Assembly (NCBI GenBank): GCA_016748015.1
Contig: JAAOMT010000295.1
Coordinates: forward strand, 1-64,000
Direction: 5' to 3'
Length of the DNA stretch: 64,000 bases
DNA from: Geosiphon pyriformis uo1
Lineage: Eukaryota > Fungi > Glomeromycota
In this document: positions 26,801 to 40,574 of the stretch, in pieces
Layout of the letters: each line of letters starts with the position of its first letter
How positions within the stretch are numbered: the first letter of the stretch is position 1
Notes under the pieces: generated by a model
Told to the model about the DNA's origin: nothing
The model's input: the letters and a program-made list of their open reading frames with translations, nothing else
Databases searched by the model: none
Translations under genes and position numbers: made by a program

Positions 26801-29300
26801 TTATATTCAAAATAAAAACTAAAAAAAAAGCAAACATTATTTTTAAAACAAAAATATTGATCTTTGCTAAAAACCCTTTTTTTTGTCTCTAAATTCTTAA
26901 AACTTGGTTTATTATTATTATTACTATTATTAAAAATTGCAAAATTTATAATAATATTATTTTGGTATTTTTTCTAAAAAAGCAGATTTTTTATTTCAAA
27001 TTTTAAAACCAAATTTTTAGACATAATTATATATAATACAATATTTATATATTTTAATTATAAACTATAAAATACTTAATACTTTTATAAACATACTAAA
27101 AACATCTTGTCAAAATCTAAAACAGTCTAAAAAAATTAAATTTCTTTATCAAAAATATTTTTGCAATCTAAGTTTTTTTAATTTATATTAAATACAAAAA
27201 ACACTAAAATACTTTAAATTATATAATAAAAATAAACAAATTTTGTAAAAAGTCTTTATACAATAAGTTTATATTTTATATTAAGCATATTTAAATTTTT
27301 TTAATAATCAATCTTATAACTAAAAAGCTTGTATAAGCTTTTTATTTCCAAAAAAATTACTAAAAAAACCGAATTTTGAAGCTTAGTTTTTTGTAATAGT
27401 AAAAAGATTTTAATCTTAAATTAATTTACAAATACAATCTCATATTTTTTAATTAAAATAATAAACAAATTATTTTATTATTTATTTAGAATACTTAAAA
27501 CAAAAACACTATTTAAAAGTTAAAATGTATTAATGTTAATATTAATTAATAAAATTCTATATTTTAACAAAAAATTCATAATATTAAACAAATAATAATT
27601 ACTTAATTTTAAGTTAAACTTAATAAAAAACATCAAAAATATTAAAGTTTTTATTTTAATATTTGTAAATTAATTATTTTGTGCTTAAATAATCTTTTTG
27701 AAATGTTTTTAATATTACAAAAACAAACCAAAAAAGCAAACTTATTTTTAATTATACTTGTAAAAATAATTTTAACTTATACAATAAAAAATAATAAAAA
27801 ATTTTAAATTCTTTCTAATTATTATATCTTATTTAATATACATATTTTTAAAAACAAAATTTATTTAAATATAATTACTAATAATTGAATATAAAACTAC
27901 AAAAACCAAATAGCTAAATTGTTTATTATTAAAAGTTTTTTTAAATTGGTCTTATTAAACAAAAAATACCAAAATAATAACAAAAATAACAACACTTAAT
28001 ATACTTAAACTGCAGATTTTAATTCTAGTTAATTAAAATAATTACTATTTTGTTATTATTAATAAAAATATTATTTAAATTAAAGAATTGGCTTGCTATA
28101 TTTAAAATATTTTAAGTAATTACATAACTTTTTTTAATTTAAATAGTATTATTTATAAATACAATTATAGTTAAAAAAATATTATACAAAAAACATTATT
28201 AGTTCTAATAATTACTTTAAAATTTATTCTATAATTTAAACCAATTTAACTTTATTTAACTTTTTAAAAAAGAGGATTATAATTTTTTTTCAAAAAAAAA
28301 TTTTATTTTAATCGGAATTATTAAACACTAAGTACTTTGTTGCTAAGCTAAAATTTATATACTTCTGTTGATTTTACTTTTATAAATATGTTTAAAACTA
28401 AATAAACTTTTTTTAAGTTACTAAATTGTATGATTTATTTATATATTAAAGAATTAATCAAATTTCTTTGATTTTTCGATTTTTTTTTAATTATTAAACT
28501 TGCAATAAAATAGGCATCTAAGTTATAGTATTTTCAAAAACAAAAAAATTGTTTTTTTAAAACATTTTATCTAAATTATATGTTATTAAAATACAATCTA
28601 AAAGCAACTTAAAAGAAATCTTTTTGGTTGATTTAATCAAAGTAATAAGTTTTCTGTTGGTTAAAATTTCTATTTACTTATATGAATTAAAAATTATTAA
28701 AACCAATTCTTGTGTTAAAAATCTAATATCTTTTTTATAATAATGCATTTATTTAAAAGAACTAAAACTTAATCTAATACAAAACAATAATAGAACTTCA
28801 ATAATTCATTTGGAATTTTAGACAAACCAAAGTTTTGTTATTCGAAAAATATTTAATTACATCAAAAAATATTCTATTTATAATTTTAAAAAATACATTA
28901 ATATTTAGATAATATAGGAGATTATACTACTTTTTATAATTAGCTAAATTATTATTTAACTTATATAATTTTGTTTACTAAAAATCTAATATTATTAGAT
29001 ATCAACTTAATATAATTATTTATTATTAAATGATTTAAAATTATCTTTCTAAAAGAATACTTCAAATTAATTTTTATAATATATTCTTTGTTAATCATAA
29101 ATACTTTTATGTATTTAATAATAACAGCTTAAATTCTGAAATTTTTAACAAAATTAGCTTCATATATTTTAGCAATTTTTTGTAATCTATTAACTTTTAT
29201 TAAAGAAATACATACTTTTTTAATATTTATTATTTTTTTATTAAGAAATAACTTATTAGAATTCAAAAAGTTCCAAATTTTTGGCAGTTTTTTAAAATAA
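23900..29300. mobile_element. Extremely AT-rich degenerate transposon remnants, including a minus-strand LINE 3' end near 24430-24520
   Basis: G/C almost absent. The reverse complement of 24496-24515 (ATGGCTGGTCATATATAGAA) matches the LINE 3' UTR at 38561-38580. Boundaries approximate. Confidence 0.55.
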
Positions 29301-29499
29301 GCAGAGTTTTTTTTCTTAAAGATCTGAGAATTTTAAATACTAAAAAATTTAAAAAAATATTTGTTAATATATATTATTAAAATTATAAAAATAATTTGTT
29401 TAAAAAATCTTTTTGCAATTTCGGTTAAGACATTTTATTTTTAAATTTATATATTATTTAAATTATCCAAAAATTTGGCTGTTTTAAAAAAAATTAAAC

Positions 29500-31786
29500 A
29501 TATTTAACACAAAACTTATTCTTATCAATTTTATTAATTTTGTATTTTTCATTAATTTATTATTTTATTTTTATGCACTAATTTTAATTGATTTGTTTAT
29601 GTTTTTTGTTTATTTAAAATTTTAAAAAATCTTTTAAATTTATATTAAAAATGTTTTAATTTTATATATAGTTTTTTAAAACCATATTTAAAATATTTTT
29701 ATTAATTAAAACATAGTCTATTACTTTAAAAAATTTCCAAAATTATTTCAAGTTAATAAAATAATATTAAAGCTATATTTGAATTTTTTATGATTAGTAT
29801 TACATGTTTTAAATGTTTTAAATAATATAACTTTATAAAATATTCAGATCAAGTTTTTTGTTAAAAAAACTAATTAAATAGCTTATTTTTTATAATATTA
29901 AGAAAAGATAAAAATATTTTTGTACTTTTTTTTTGTGTATTTTTAAAAAAAATTGAATTTAAATTTGTGAAATCTTTTTTTTAAATATCAATTTGTTAAT
30001 AATAGAAAAAAAAATTTTAAAAAAAAGTTGTTGTTTATTCAAAAATTTTTATAAAATTAATAATTTTGGAAAAGTTTCTTCTCTTTGAAAATTTTAAAAA
30101 ATTATTTAATTTATATTTACATTTAAATTAAGCTTAAACAAAACTAAAAAATTGATTATAAAACATAATATTATATTAAATACTAATTTAAAACTTGTAA
30201 ATATATATATACAAATTAAGAAACAATTGTTAAGATATCTTTATTAATGTTTTTATAATAGTTGTAAAATTTACTTTTTTTGAGTTTAATAAAATAATGT
30301 TAATTAAAATACAGTTTATTGGTTTATGGTTAAAAAATATAACAAATTGGCTAATTTTAAAATTTTTAAGTTAGTAATTTTTAAATAGTTTGTTATTAAA
30401 AAAAATATTTTATTAATAAATATAATTATACACAATTTTTTTTGGTATTATATAATTTAAATATAACATAGTTTTTTTAAATTTAAAAAAGTTTTAAAAA
30501 ATACAAATTTAAATTTGATGTTTTTAGCAATAATTTAGTTAATATTTGGATTTTACTGTTATTAAAAATAGTGCTGTTGTATATTTTAATAATTTTAGTG
30601 TTAAATTAAAGACCAAAATTTAAAATTTGTTATTTTTTACATTAATAAAACTTTATATAATTATATTAGCTTTAAATATAATACTTAGATTTATTTTATA
30701 AATATTTATATAGATAATTAAACTGTTATTAATATATATAAATTTGAGTTAACTTATTTAAAACCTGATTTTTGTAATAAATATTAATTTAATGTTTAAA
30801 AATATTCTAATATTTATAAAAACAAAATAGCTAATATTTTGTCTAATAAAATTATGAATTCTTTATATTGTTTGTTTTATAATATTTTAAATAAGTTTTT
30901 AGTTGTATTAAATAGTTTAGTTGTTTTAAAAAATATTAAAAATTTGTTTAACATATTTATAATATTATTAATTGTGTTTTTTAAAAAATTGTTCTAAATA
31001 TTTAATTTGTTAATATTTTAATTATAAAAAATATTAATTGGTATTTAATATTATTGATTTGGCATTTAAATTTACATATATTAACTAAATATATTAGCAG
31101 AATTAGTTAATATATGTACATATATTATAATAATTCTGTATAATAGATTGTTAATTATTATTAGAAAAAAACTTTATAATTTTTTATTTTTAAATATCAA
31201 ATGTGTTTAATATAATAAAATAAAATTTAATTATATATTTTTTGTGTAAAAATTAATAATATTTAAAGAATTATTTTTTTGAATATTTTGATTATTGATA
31301 ATTATTGTTTAGTATTTTTATTATTTTTTTTAAAGTTACAATTATTATATAATTATGTTAAAAAAAATGACTTTATATAATTTTTTGTATAAGTGTTTTA
31401 TTTTTAAAAATAATACAAAAATGTTTTAAATATCTTAATTAATATTAAGTATATTTATACTGAAATTATTGAATTTATTTAAGATTTAATTAATGTTTAT
31501 AAAAAATATATATAATTATTATATGTTAAATACAAATTGAATTTAGAAAAAAGTATTTTAATAAATAAAAATAATAGTTTTTTTTGTAATATTAAAAATT
31601 TTGTTAATTTTTTGTTTAAAAGTGTTGTTTATTTATTAAGTATTTAAAAAAATGTTTTGTCTGCTTTCAGATTTTGTAAAAAATATCTTTTTTTGACAAA
31701 AATATATTTGTTATTATGAACATATAATATAGTTTTGATTGATCTAAACAATTGATTGCATGTAAAAAATACATAAATTATGTTTA
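29500..31786 (+). mobile_element. Ghost LINE, ORF1 part (older host element)
   Basis: About 30070-30330 aligns by eye to 32562-32830 of the young LINE, e.g. atacagtttattggtttatggttaaaaaat vs atgcaactgattggtctgtggcagaaagct (MQLIGLWQKA), with G>A and C>T erosion. Confidence 0.65.
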
Positions 31787-31925
31787 GAAAAAAAAAGAAT
31801 TGTTTTCTTGTCAATCTTCTGATTACAATGAAAGCAAAATTTTATTGAAGTTTTAATTAGTCTTTTTTCTCTTCTTCTTTGTTTTTTTTCTAATTATTTC
31901 TTCTGACTTTTCTTCTTTTGCTGCT

Positions 31926-33875
31926 ATAGATCCAGTAAGCACTTCTGCTGATAATTCTGGTACTGGTTTGGCTGGATTGGGAACTTGGTCTAGTGGTAAG
32001 AAAAAAGCTCATGTGGATAGTGTGTATTTCTATGGTCCATTATTTAAGAAGCCGAAAATGTCTGTAGCCAGTGAAGTAGTTAATTTGTCTGCTGGCTCTC
32101 TGAGCTTGGAAGATATTGGTAGTGCTGGTATTAAGCCTGTGGTGTCCTGAGGCAGCAAAGTTGGCAGTGTTTCTAGCAGTATAAGCAGTTTCTTAGATGT
32201 CAAAAATATAGAGAACATGGTTGCCGAAGAAACCAGTTACACTGAATCTGGTGAGAACAATAATATAGATGAAGTGATACCAAAAAAGACTCATACACAA
32301 ACATATGTGTTGGACAACCTACCAAAGAAGCTTTTATTTGAACAAGTGAGTGATGATAATATTAAGTTGGTGTTTCCAGCATTTAAATTTGTTGGATCCA
32401 ATCAGCTGCCATCTGCCAAGTTATGTGTCTTGGAAAAACAATGTTTTGAGCCAGTAAAATTGTTTGCTTTGAATGTAGAATTGTCTGCTGTGTCTGGAAA
32501 GACCAATAATAATAAGTTAATCTTAGTTAAAAAATTTTTTTATTGAATTAATGGTTTTGGAGGAGCTTCTACTTCTTTAAAATTTTTTGGAATTATTAGA
32601 TCTTTTTTTATATCTGAATTGAGTCTAAAGAAAACTAGAGAATTAGCAATTCATGAGAAAATTGTAGTGAATGTTGATGTTAGACAGGTAAATAAACATT
32701 TGGATTGGGTAATTGTTGTTAAGGAGATTCTGGTTGATCTTTCTAAATTGGCTGTAAAATTTGTTTTTTCTAAGTTTGAAAAGATTGTATCAATCAAGAT
32801 GCAACTGATTGGTCTGTGGCAGAAAGCTTTAGTGGAGTTTGAGTCATCTGAAATAGCTGATTTGGTCACAGCTAGATGGTCTGTTTTTATGAAAAAGGAT
32901 TCTGTTTATGTGGCAAAAGCTGTTAATGATAAACAATTGTGAGTTTCTAGGGATTTATATTGGACATTGCTTTATACTTTTCCAGTTGATACAATAGCTT
33001 ATGATCTTTTTGATTTGTTGGAATCATATGGTGGGAAGACTTGTTTCATTGGCTGTAATCCCAGCTCATATATGTGCAATAGATGTGCAATAGTGTATTT
33101 TGTTGATAAGGCATCAAAATCAGCTGCTATTGGTTCTACTTTAGTGTTTAAGAGTGTGAATTTGCACTGGGCTGGTCTTTCTTTGGCCTGTTGTGCTCAT
33201 TGCAAACAGTTTGGTCATATTTCTACAGAGTGTTTATTGGCTGAAAATTCTGGTGCTCATGCTAAGCAGATGGTAACTCCTCAGAATTAGGTCCATTTGG
33301 TCAACATATATAAGAAGAAACAGGCACCAATTGTTTGCCCAGTCTTTTTTGGTAGGAAAACTTGGGCCCAGGTTGTTAGTAGTTCTTTCTTTCATGTGGT
33401 TTTATCAAATCTTTTTGGTACTGGTTTATTTTTAAGTGCAAAACCTGTCTCATTGGTTTCTAATTCCCTTGGTAATTCTTGTTTAGTTAATCGATTGGCT
33501 CTTCTGAAATGCTTTTTGGAGCTTTTGACGGATCAAGTTTTAGTTATTATGAAGAAATTGAGCTTTGTGGAATTGGTGCCTCTGGCATTCAAACCTTGTG
33601 TCTCTTTTCTAGTTGTCCTTACACCCATTATGTCTAATTTGAACTCAGAAATGGCTTTGGATGATACACTGGCATCTTCTTCTCTCTCTCTTTCAGTTGT
33701 TGTTGCAGACTCAGTTGCTGATCTTAGTTTAAGTAGTTCTAAAGTTTTGACCACCAAGATGAGTAGATTAGAATCCAAAATAGTGGCTTTGGAAGTATCA
33801 GTTGAATCTGTTTTGGAAAGATTAGATTGTATGTGCTCTGGCTTAGGCTTGTTATCTTTTTTTCCTCCTCAATGA
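31926..33875 (+). pseudogene. LINE ORF1 (RRM-like region, CCHC zinc knuckle, C-terminal coiled coil) with premature stops
   Basis: Five ORF-track fragments all in one frame; CAHCKQFGHISTEC knuckle; start codon apparently mutated to ATA at 31926. Confidence 0.85.
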
Positions 33876-36800
33876 GTAACTTTGTGTGGAAAATAGTAAT
33901 GTGTAATATTCGAGATATCAATGTTTCTGCCAAGCAAAAGGACATTATCTGTTGGCATAGAAATTCTGAAAATTTGGTTTTGATAATTACAAAGACAAAG
34001 CTGAGGTCTAGCAACAGGCTTTGAATTAAGAATAAGTTTGATAGAATCAGGGTTTTTTTATCTGGATTGGACAAGAGTTTTCTTGGTGCTGGAGTCACAA
34101 TTATTATGAACATTTTACTAGCTCATCATGTTTATAAGATTTTTGAGGTGCCTGGTCAGCTCCTTTTGGTCAAGCTGTTATTTAAAAATAAACTTTCTGT
34201 GTCTATTTTGGGGCTTTATGTTGGGACATCTCTGGCTGTTCATTTTTTTCAAACCAATATTATCAATTCTATGATAGCAAAGACAGTTAATGAATCATTA
34301 TTTGTGGTCTTGGATAGTAACTTCAATAAAGATGGCTCCCGAAGGTGTGCTAGTTTTAAAAAATGTCTAGATCTTGGTTTGATCAATTCCTTGGGTGGAA
34401 GTTTTCATGTCAAAATGCTCACATGAGTTAACTCTTGGGGCATGGCTAAGACTATTGATTTCTTGTTTATTTTTTCAAACTTGGTCAATGCTGTGGTGAA
34501 TTGTGGGATGTTTAATGTTGATGAATTTTTTGATATTAATCATCAGGCCATTTTTGTATCTGTGGGTTTGGATGGACTTTTGAATATGTAGTTGAATTCT
34601 CTTTACAAGCAAGCAAATAAGAATCAGTAAAAGTTTGATTTTAAAGGTGCTGATAAGAATAAATAGAACAATTTCAAAGGTGCTATATTGGCCAATGCTA
34701 CAATGTTTTCAAATGAGTTTGTTACCTCTGCAAGATTTTCAAATTTGGATGTGATGTGGGATACTGTTTGCAAAATAATGGTTCTTTTAGCTAATGAAAT
34801 ATTTAAGAAAAAATGATTTAAGGGCTTTAATAATGTTTTCACCAAGAAATCTTTATGGTTTCACAAGTTAGAGCTCTTGGTTTCTAGGATTGTCAGAGCT
34901 TCATGTGAGAAGTGTATTGTGAATTTTGATTCTCTTATGAGATGCTGGGTTTTTTTGGACAATGTTAAGACTTCAGTCATTCAGGATATTGTAAGCTCTG
35001 GTGCTGGCTCTGATTGTATTCATTCTGCTCTCTTTAGTGTTAGAAAGTCTTATTGCACTGCCAAGTTTGCTGAATCTCTAAGGGCTAAAGAAACAAACAT
35101 CAGATTAGCTATTAATAGAAGGATGGAAAGTTTTGATGTTAATAAAGGTCATACAATTAGAAGTGTGCTGGAGTGTCTTTTTTGCAAGATGTCATTCAAC
35201 CATCTGGTGGTTAATAATAAACTGATTCTGAAACCTGATTTGGTTAAGTCTAAAGTAGATGTGATCATAAAAGGTTGGACTAAGAAACACAAAGTAGTAG
35301 ATAATATCTCTGGTAACTGGTGCTGTCAATATTAATCACTGGAGTATGTTTTCGATAAGGCTTTTTCTGGTGTTATGAATTCAATTAGATTTAATAAGTT
35401 GGTTGGAGTGGTTTCTGATCTGCCTGATAACAAAGCTGTTGGTCTCTTAGGTGTGTCAAATGAGCTTTGGAAACATTGTGATAAGTCAGTTTTGGATATG
35501 CTTTTGGTGCTTTTGAATTCTTGTTTGTTTAGTAAATTTGTGCTAAGCTCTTAAAAAAAGACTTAGGTCTCAATGATTCCCAAACCATATGAGTGGGAGG
35601 GTGTTTTGACAAATACCCATCCTATTGCTTTAATTAAAATTGCTCACAAAATTCTTTCCAAAATTTTCTCTGACAGGATTTTTTTGGCATGCAACACTTT
35701 TGATGTTCTTCATGAGAACAATTTTTTGGTTTTAAAGGGTACATTGACTCAGTCTCTTATTTTTGCTATTGATTCAGTTGTTAAGAATGCTTTGAAAAAA
35801 GACCAGAAGCTTTGGTTGGTTTTACAAGACATGCATAAGGCATATGATTTAGTTGGCTGGGAACATCTTGAGAAAGGTTTAATCAGGATCAAAATGTGTA
35901 GCAAGTTCATTTGATTTTTTGGTAATATTTATAGAGATTGCACCAACAGAGTAATGACAGATTTTGGTTTGACAAATGATTATTATGTGCATGATAGTTT
36001 GGATTAAGGAGAGATGTTTTTCTCCCTTCTGTAGTGTATATTTTATGACCCTTTATTGTATAAAGTCAAGCATCAGAAGAATATATGTGGATATAGATTG
36101 AATTTTCATTTTATTTCCAAAAGTAGTCATGCTGAATTTCAGGCTGGGCTTTTTTCATTTTTTGCTGCTGGTGCTTTCATTAATGATACAATTTGGGTTG
36201 GTAGCAGTCAGAGGGCTATTCAACACATTCTTAATATTGTTAGTGAGTTTTTTCAGATTAATGACATTTCTATTAATAATAATAAGATGGTGGCCATTTC
36301 CATCAACAGCAGAATCAGCAATTCTTCTCTTTTTATCAGTGATTCGCCTATCTCTATTGCCAAAAAGGATGAGTCTTATCAGTATCTGGGTATTTTTCCT
36401 TCAACTTAGGATCTTTTAAAGCCTAGTTTGGCTAAGATGTATTCAGATATTCGTTTTTTTACCAATCTGGTCCTGAGGAAAGCTGTTTCAGATAAGCAAT
36501 TCTTGTATTTGGTATCAGCAGTTCTTTATCCTATTGTCAATTATAGGACTCAGTTTAGCTTTGTTCCTGTTAGTATGTGCAATAAATGGGATGCTCTAAT
36601 TTATAGAGACTTGAAACTTAAGTCTGGTTTGCCTCTTGACTTTCCTAATAATATAATATACTATTTTTTATTTTATGATCTAAAGTCTTTCTTGCAAATT
36701 CAATCTGAAAGTAAAATTGCTTTACTTGTTAGCTTTGTAAACTCTGGTGGGATTTTGGGTTATTTGTTCTTTCACCAGTCGCATAACTTATAAGTTCACT

Positions 36801-38509
36801 GTTGGCACTCTGTTCATCTATTGGTCTTTTCGGTTCATATTTGTATTAGTGTCTCTAATAATTTTCTATTAGGCATGATTCATATTCTTCTTAATTGTGA
36901 TTTATCTCTGAGTAGTTCTTTGGCCAATTTTTTTCAGTTTCGTGATGAAGTGTTCATGTCAGTTGTTCTAGATGAATTAAAGTTTGTCAAGTTTCTCTTT
37001 TCTCTTCAGTAGTATAGTATTGCTTTTGTGAAACAACTTTGTGATCATCATGGTGCTGTTTTTGATTGGTACACTTTTAAGTAGTGGAAAAGATTGGACC
37101 CCCGTGGCTTTGTTCTGGAATGGTTTAAGCTATCTGTTGTATTTCTTAATAATGTAACTTTGTTTCCGACTCAACTCTTGGCTGTATATGATAGTGGTTC
37201 TTTGAACATTCTTGGGTCTAATAACTTTGTGTCTATTTGTGATTATCTTTCGCAGATTAATACTAGTGTTTTGTCTGTATATATGGATGGATCTTTGAAG
37301 AATCTGAGCACAGCTAGCTGTAAAGCTAGTGCTGCTGTCTTTTTTGAGGACATTGATTTGGGTTTAGGTGTTGGTATATTAGGTTTGATGTTTTCTACTC
37401 TGGCTGAATTGCAAGCTATTGTATTGGCTTTGGAATGTGTTCTCTCATCTAGTTCTATTTGCTTGTTTTCAGATAGTCAATCTGTTTTAGATGCTTACAG
37501 ATCAGAATTGGGTCTGGTGTGTCCTGATTTTCATAATCAGTGTTGGGTTGAGTGTTGACATATTGTTAATATTATCCGTGGTAAGAATTTGAGGATTAGT
37601 TAGCATAAGATAAAAGATCATTCTGGTGTTTTGGGAAATGAACACGCTGACATGATTACTGGTGCCGCCTCTCTTTTAGATTGATGTCTTCCTTTTCACT
37701 TGAATGAACACTTTATTGTAGCTAATTATGGTATAGTTTCTGACAATTCTAAGCACTTTGTGCATGATATTTATCATTCCATATATCATGTGTATTGGAA
37801 AGTTGGTTTTGGTTCAAAGTTCTTAAGAAGTGGTTTACTTTCTAATGTTGACTAGATTCACTTTTCATTGGTGTGGCATCCTGATTTGCACATGGCTACT
37901 GGCTTTACCAGCTGATTGTTAGCAAATGTGTGCACATACTTTATGAAGGCTTTATATCATTGTTTGCCTATTGCCATTCAAAAGCATTTTTATTATAGAC
38001 TTTATCCCAGTGTATTGTGCTTATCTTGTGGTGACATAGAAGTATCAGATCATGCATTCTCTTGTAGAGTTAACAAGTATGCTCACCATTAGTTGTTAGA
38101 TTCTCACATGGACTTTTGAAAGGCACTTTCTGGCTTTGCCTATTCTTTTTCATGTGTATTGCAGCTGTTGTTATTCTGTACTTTTAGTTTTTCTGTGTTT
38201 ATGGCTCTCTTCAAGGGTTTTGTTTTTGATGGTTGGTTTGGCGAAGCTGTTTCTGTTTTTTGTGATCTCAAGGTTGCTGGTATGGAGGTTATTAAATTTG
38301 TATATTCTTTCAATATGGCTTTTAGAGATAATATATGGTTGGTTTGTGCTAAGCACTACGTCTATATGGAAAAAAATGGTTTAATTTCTCTTGATGGTTT
38401 GGTGCCTGTCTTAATTTTTGGTTTGACTTCGAGGTTTTCTGTTGGTATATTAAGACTGTTCGGCATTGCTGATGCTTTTGGTATATATTTTGGTTTTTTC
38501 GGATATTAA
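33872..38509 (+). pseudogene. LINE ORF2 (AP endonuclease, reverse transcriptase, RNase H, CCHC) with premature stops
   Basis: Nine fragments in one frame. EN: CNIRDIN, TKTKL, LDSNFN. RT: MIPKP, THPIAL, LQDMHKAYDLV, AFINDT (decayed FVDD). RNase H: YMDGS, AELQAI, FSDSQ, HSGVLGNEHAD. C-terminal CLSCG...HAFSC. The ATG overlaps the ORF1 stop (ATGA). Confidence 0.9.
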
Positions 38510-38683
38510 TGGTTTAATATCTGTTTATATTACTGCATAGTGTTGTTTTGATTGGCCTGAATGGCTGGTCATATGTAGAAAGTGCATGATTCACACTTAG
38601 TTTAGATTATTTCTTTGATGTATAGCACTAGACTGTATTTGGACTTCACTCATTAAATAATAATAATAAAAAAATTATGTTTA

Positions 38684-40500
38684 TTTTAGAATATTTATTG
38701 TTGTATTATAATAAATAGTGATTGGGTTTTATTTATTAAATAAATAAAAAACATATGTGGTTAAAAGAATTGTTTTTTGTTCTTTTTTTAATATTATTTT
38801 TAATAATAATTTATTTATAAACATTAAATTTTTTCTATCTGTTATAAAATACTCAAAGTTATATTTTACCAATTTAAAATACAGTTTTGTTAATCTTATA
38901 AAACAAGTAGATAAATTAATAAAAAATTAAATATATTTATGTTAAGATTTTTTTAGTCTTATTTTAAATATAAATTATTAATAATTTTTTTTAAAGAAAA
39001 TTAAATAAAATATAAACAATCTTGATTTGTCTTTAAAACTTAGTAAATTACTATTTTAATAGCTAATTTAATATAAAAAAATAACAATTTTGCTAAGCAA
39101 AAAGCTATTGTAAAATAATATAAAAATATAAACAATTCTATTTTAATTAATATAGAAACCAAGCTTAAAAAAATTTCTATTCTTGATTAAAAACAAATTT
39201 AAAAAAGTAAAATTGTTTATTTAGAAAAAAAATTGGTTTTTCGAGTTTAGATATGGCTTTAATTATTAAAAATAACCTAATTAAACATGTATATAAAGTT
39301 TTTAAAATAGTTAACTAATTAATTTTAGTTAAGTTTTTATTTAAGAAAAAATTATTAATTTGTTTGGACTTTATGTTAAAGTTTTATTAAACAATATATA
39401 TTTTAAGCTATAATTATTAATAAAATAATAGTCAAAATGCTTATTAAAAGTTTTTTGTATAAAAAAAATTTCAATAAAAATGAGAAACATTTTTATTTTT
39501 ATTTATAATAAACTAATTTTTTTATATAATACTTTTATATATTTTTAATATTTAATTTAACATTAATTTTATCATAAAAACTACTTATTTTACTATTTCA
39601 AAATATAAGTTTCTTAAAAAACACCCCAAAAATATTTATTTTTATATTCAAATTACTAATAAAAGTTTTTAATACAAACATAATAACACCAAACATTTTG
39701 GCTTTTTTATTAAACTTGTCAAATTTACAGTTTATTATGTTTTTTTTAACATTAAAATGAGTTCACTTTTTGTCTTTTTTTGGTCATGTTTATGTCCAGT
39801 TTTTTAAACAAGAATGTATTAAAAAAAATAATCTAAGAAGAAAAAAGCATTAAGATATATCTTTAATTTCTTTTTGTTTTCTTTGCGATCTGAAAATTAA
39901 TAAAAGAAAGAATTTTTTTATAATTGTTTAGTATTTTTTTATTTGCTTTTAAGACATTTTTTATACTCAAAACTATTATAAATTATTTTGTAAATTCTGT
40001 TTTATATATTAAAACCACTGTTTTATTTGAGATATTTTTTAATACTCTTGTTAATAAAAAGTTTAAATCTAGATTAAATTTTTTGAATTTTGGTTGTAAG
40101 ATTTAATTATTTAGTAAAGATAATAATTAAACTTGATAACTTTTTATTAGCTATTCAAAACAATTTACTATTAAGTTAAATATCTAACTTTTTTAAAAAA
40201 ATTTAGATTAATAATATTGCCAATTTGGTTGTTGATTTGTTAAATTAAAAGTAATAAATAATATATATGTTAGATAACAATACAATAAAAAACAAAACGA
40301 ATTCTTTTATAAGTAATAAAATATTTAATAAGCTAATAGTTTTCAAATTTCAAATTATATTTAGCAAAAAAGGTATTTAATTGTAAATATATAAGGTTGT
40401 TTAAAATAGTAACTATTTAAATTATTATTTAAGCAAAATAGATACACAGAACATATTTTTAAATTTAATTCAAAATAATTTTAATTTAAGTAATTAGTTA
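38684..40500 (+). mobile_element. Ghost LINE, endonuclease part (probable continuation of the older host element)
   Basis: About 39090-39360 aligns to 33925-34200: gctaagcaaaaagctatt / gaaaccaagctt / attaaaaacaaattt / catgtatataaagttttt / ttagttaagtttttatttaagaaaaaatta. Confidence 0.65.
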
Positions 40501-40574
40501 TAAATTGTTTTTAATATAATTCATATTTAATGTATAATAATAGGATTGTATAAAAATAGTTTGTAATTAAATAA

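Larger units (their letters stand above)
31787..38671 (+). mobile_element. Full-length inactivated non-LTR retrotransposon (LINE): ORF1 plus APE-RT-RNase H-CCHC ORF2
   Basis: Target-site duplication AAATTATGTTTA at 31775-31786 and 38672-38683; 3' (TAA)n/A tail; domain motifs as listed for the two ORFs. Confidence 0.92.

Noticed and set aside
23900-31700. Mitochondrial or endobacterial insert suggested by extreme AT content
   Set aside because: No organellar or bacterial genes; parts align to the adjacent LINE
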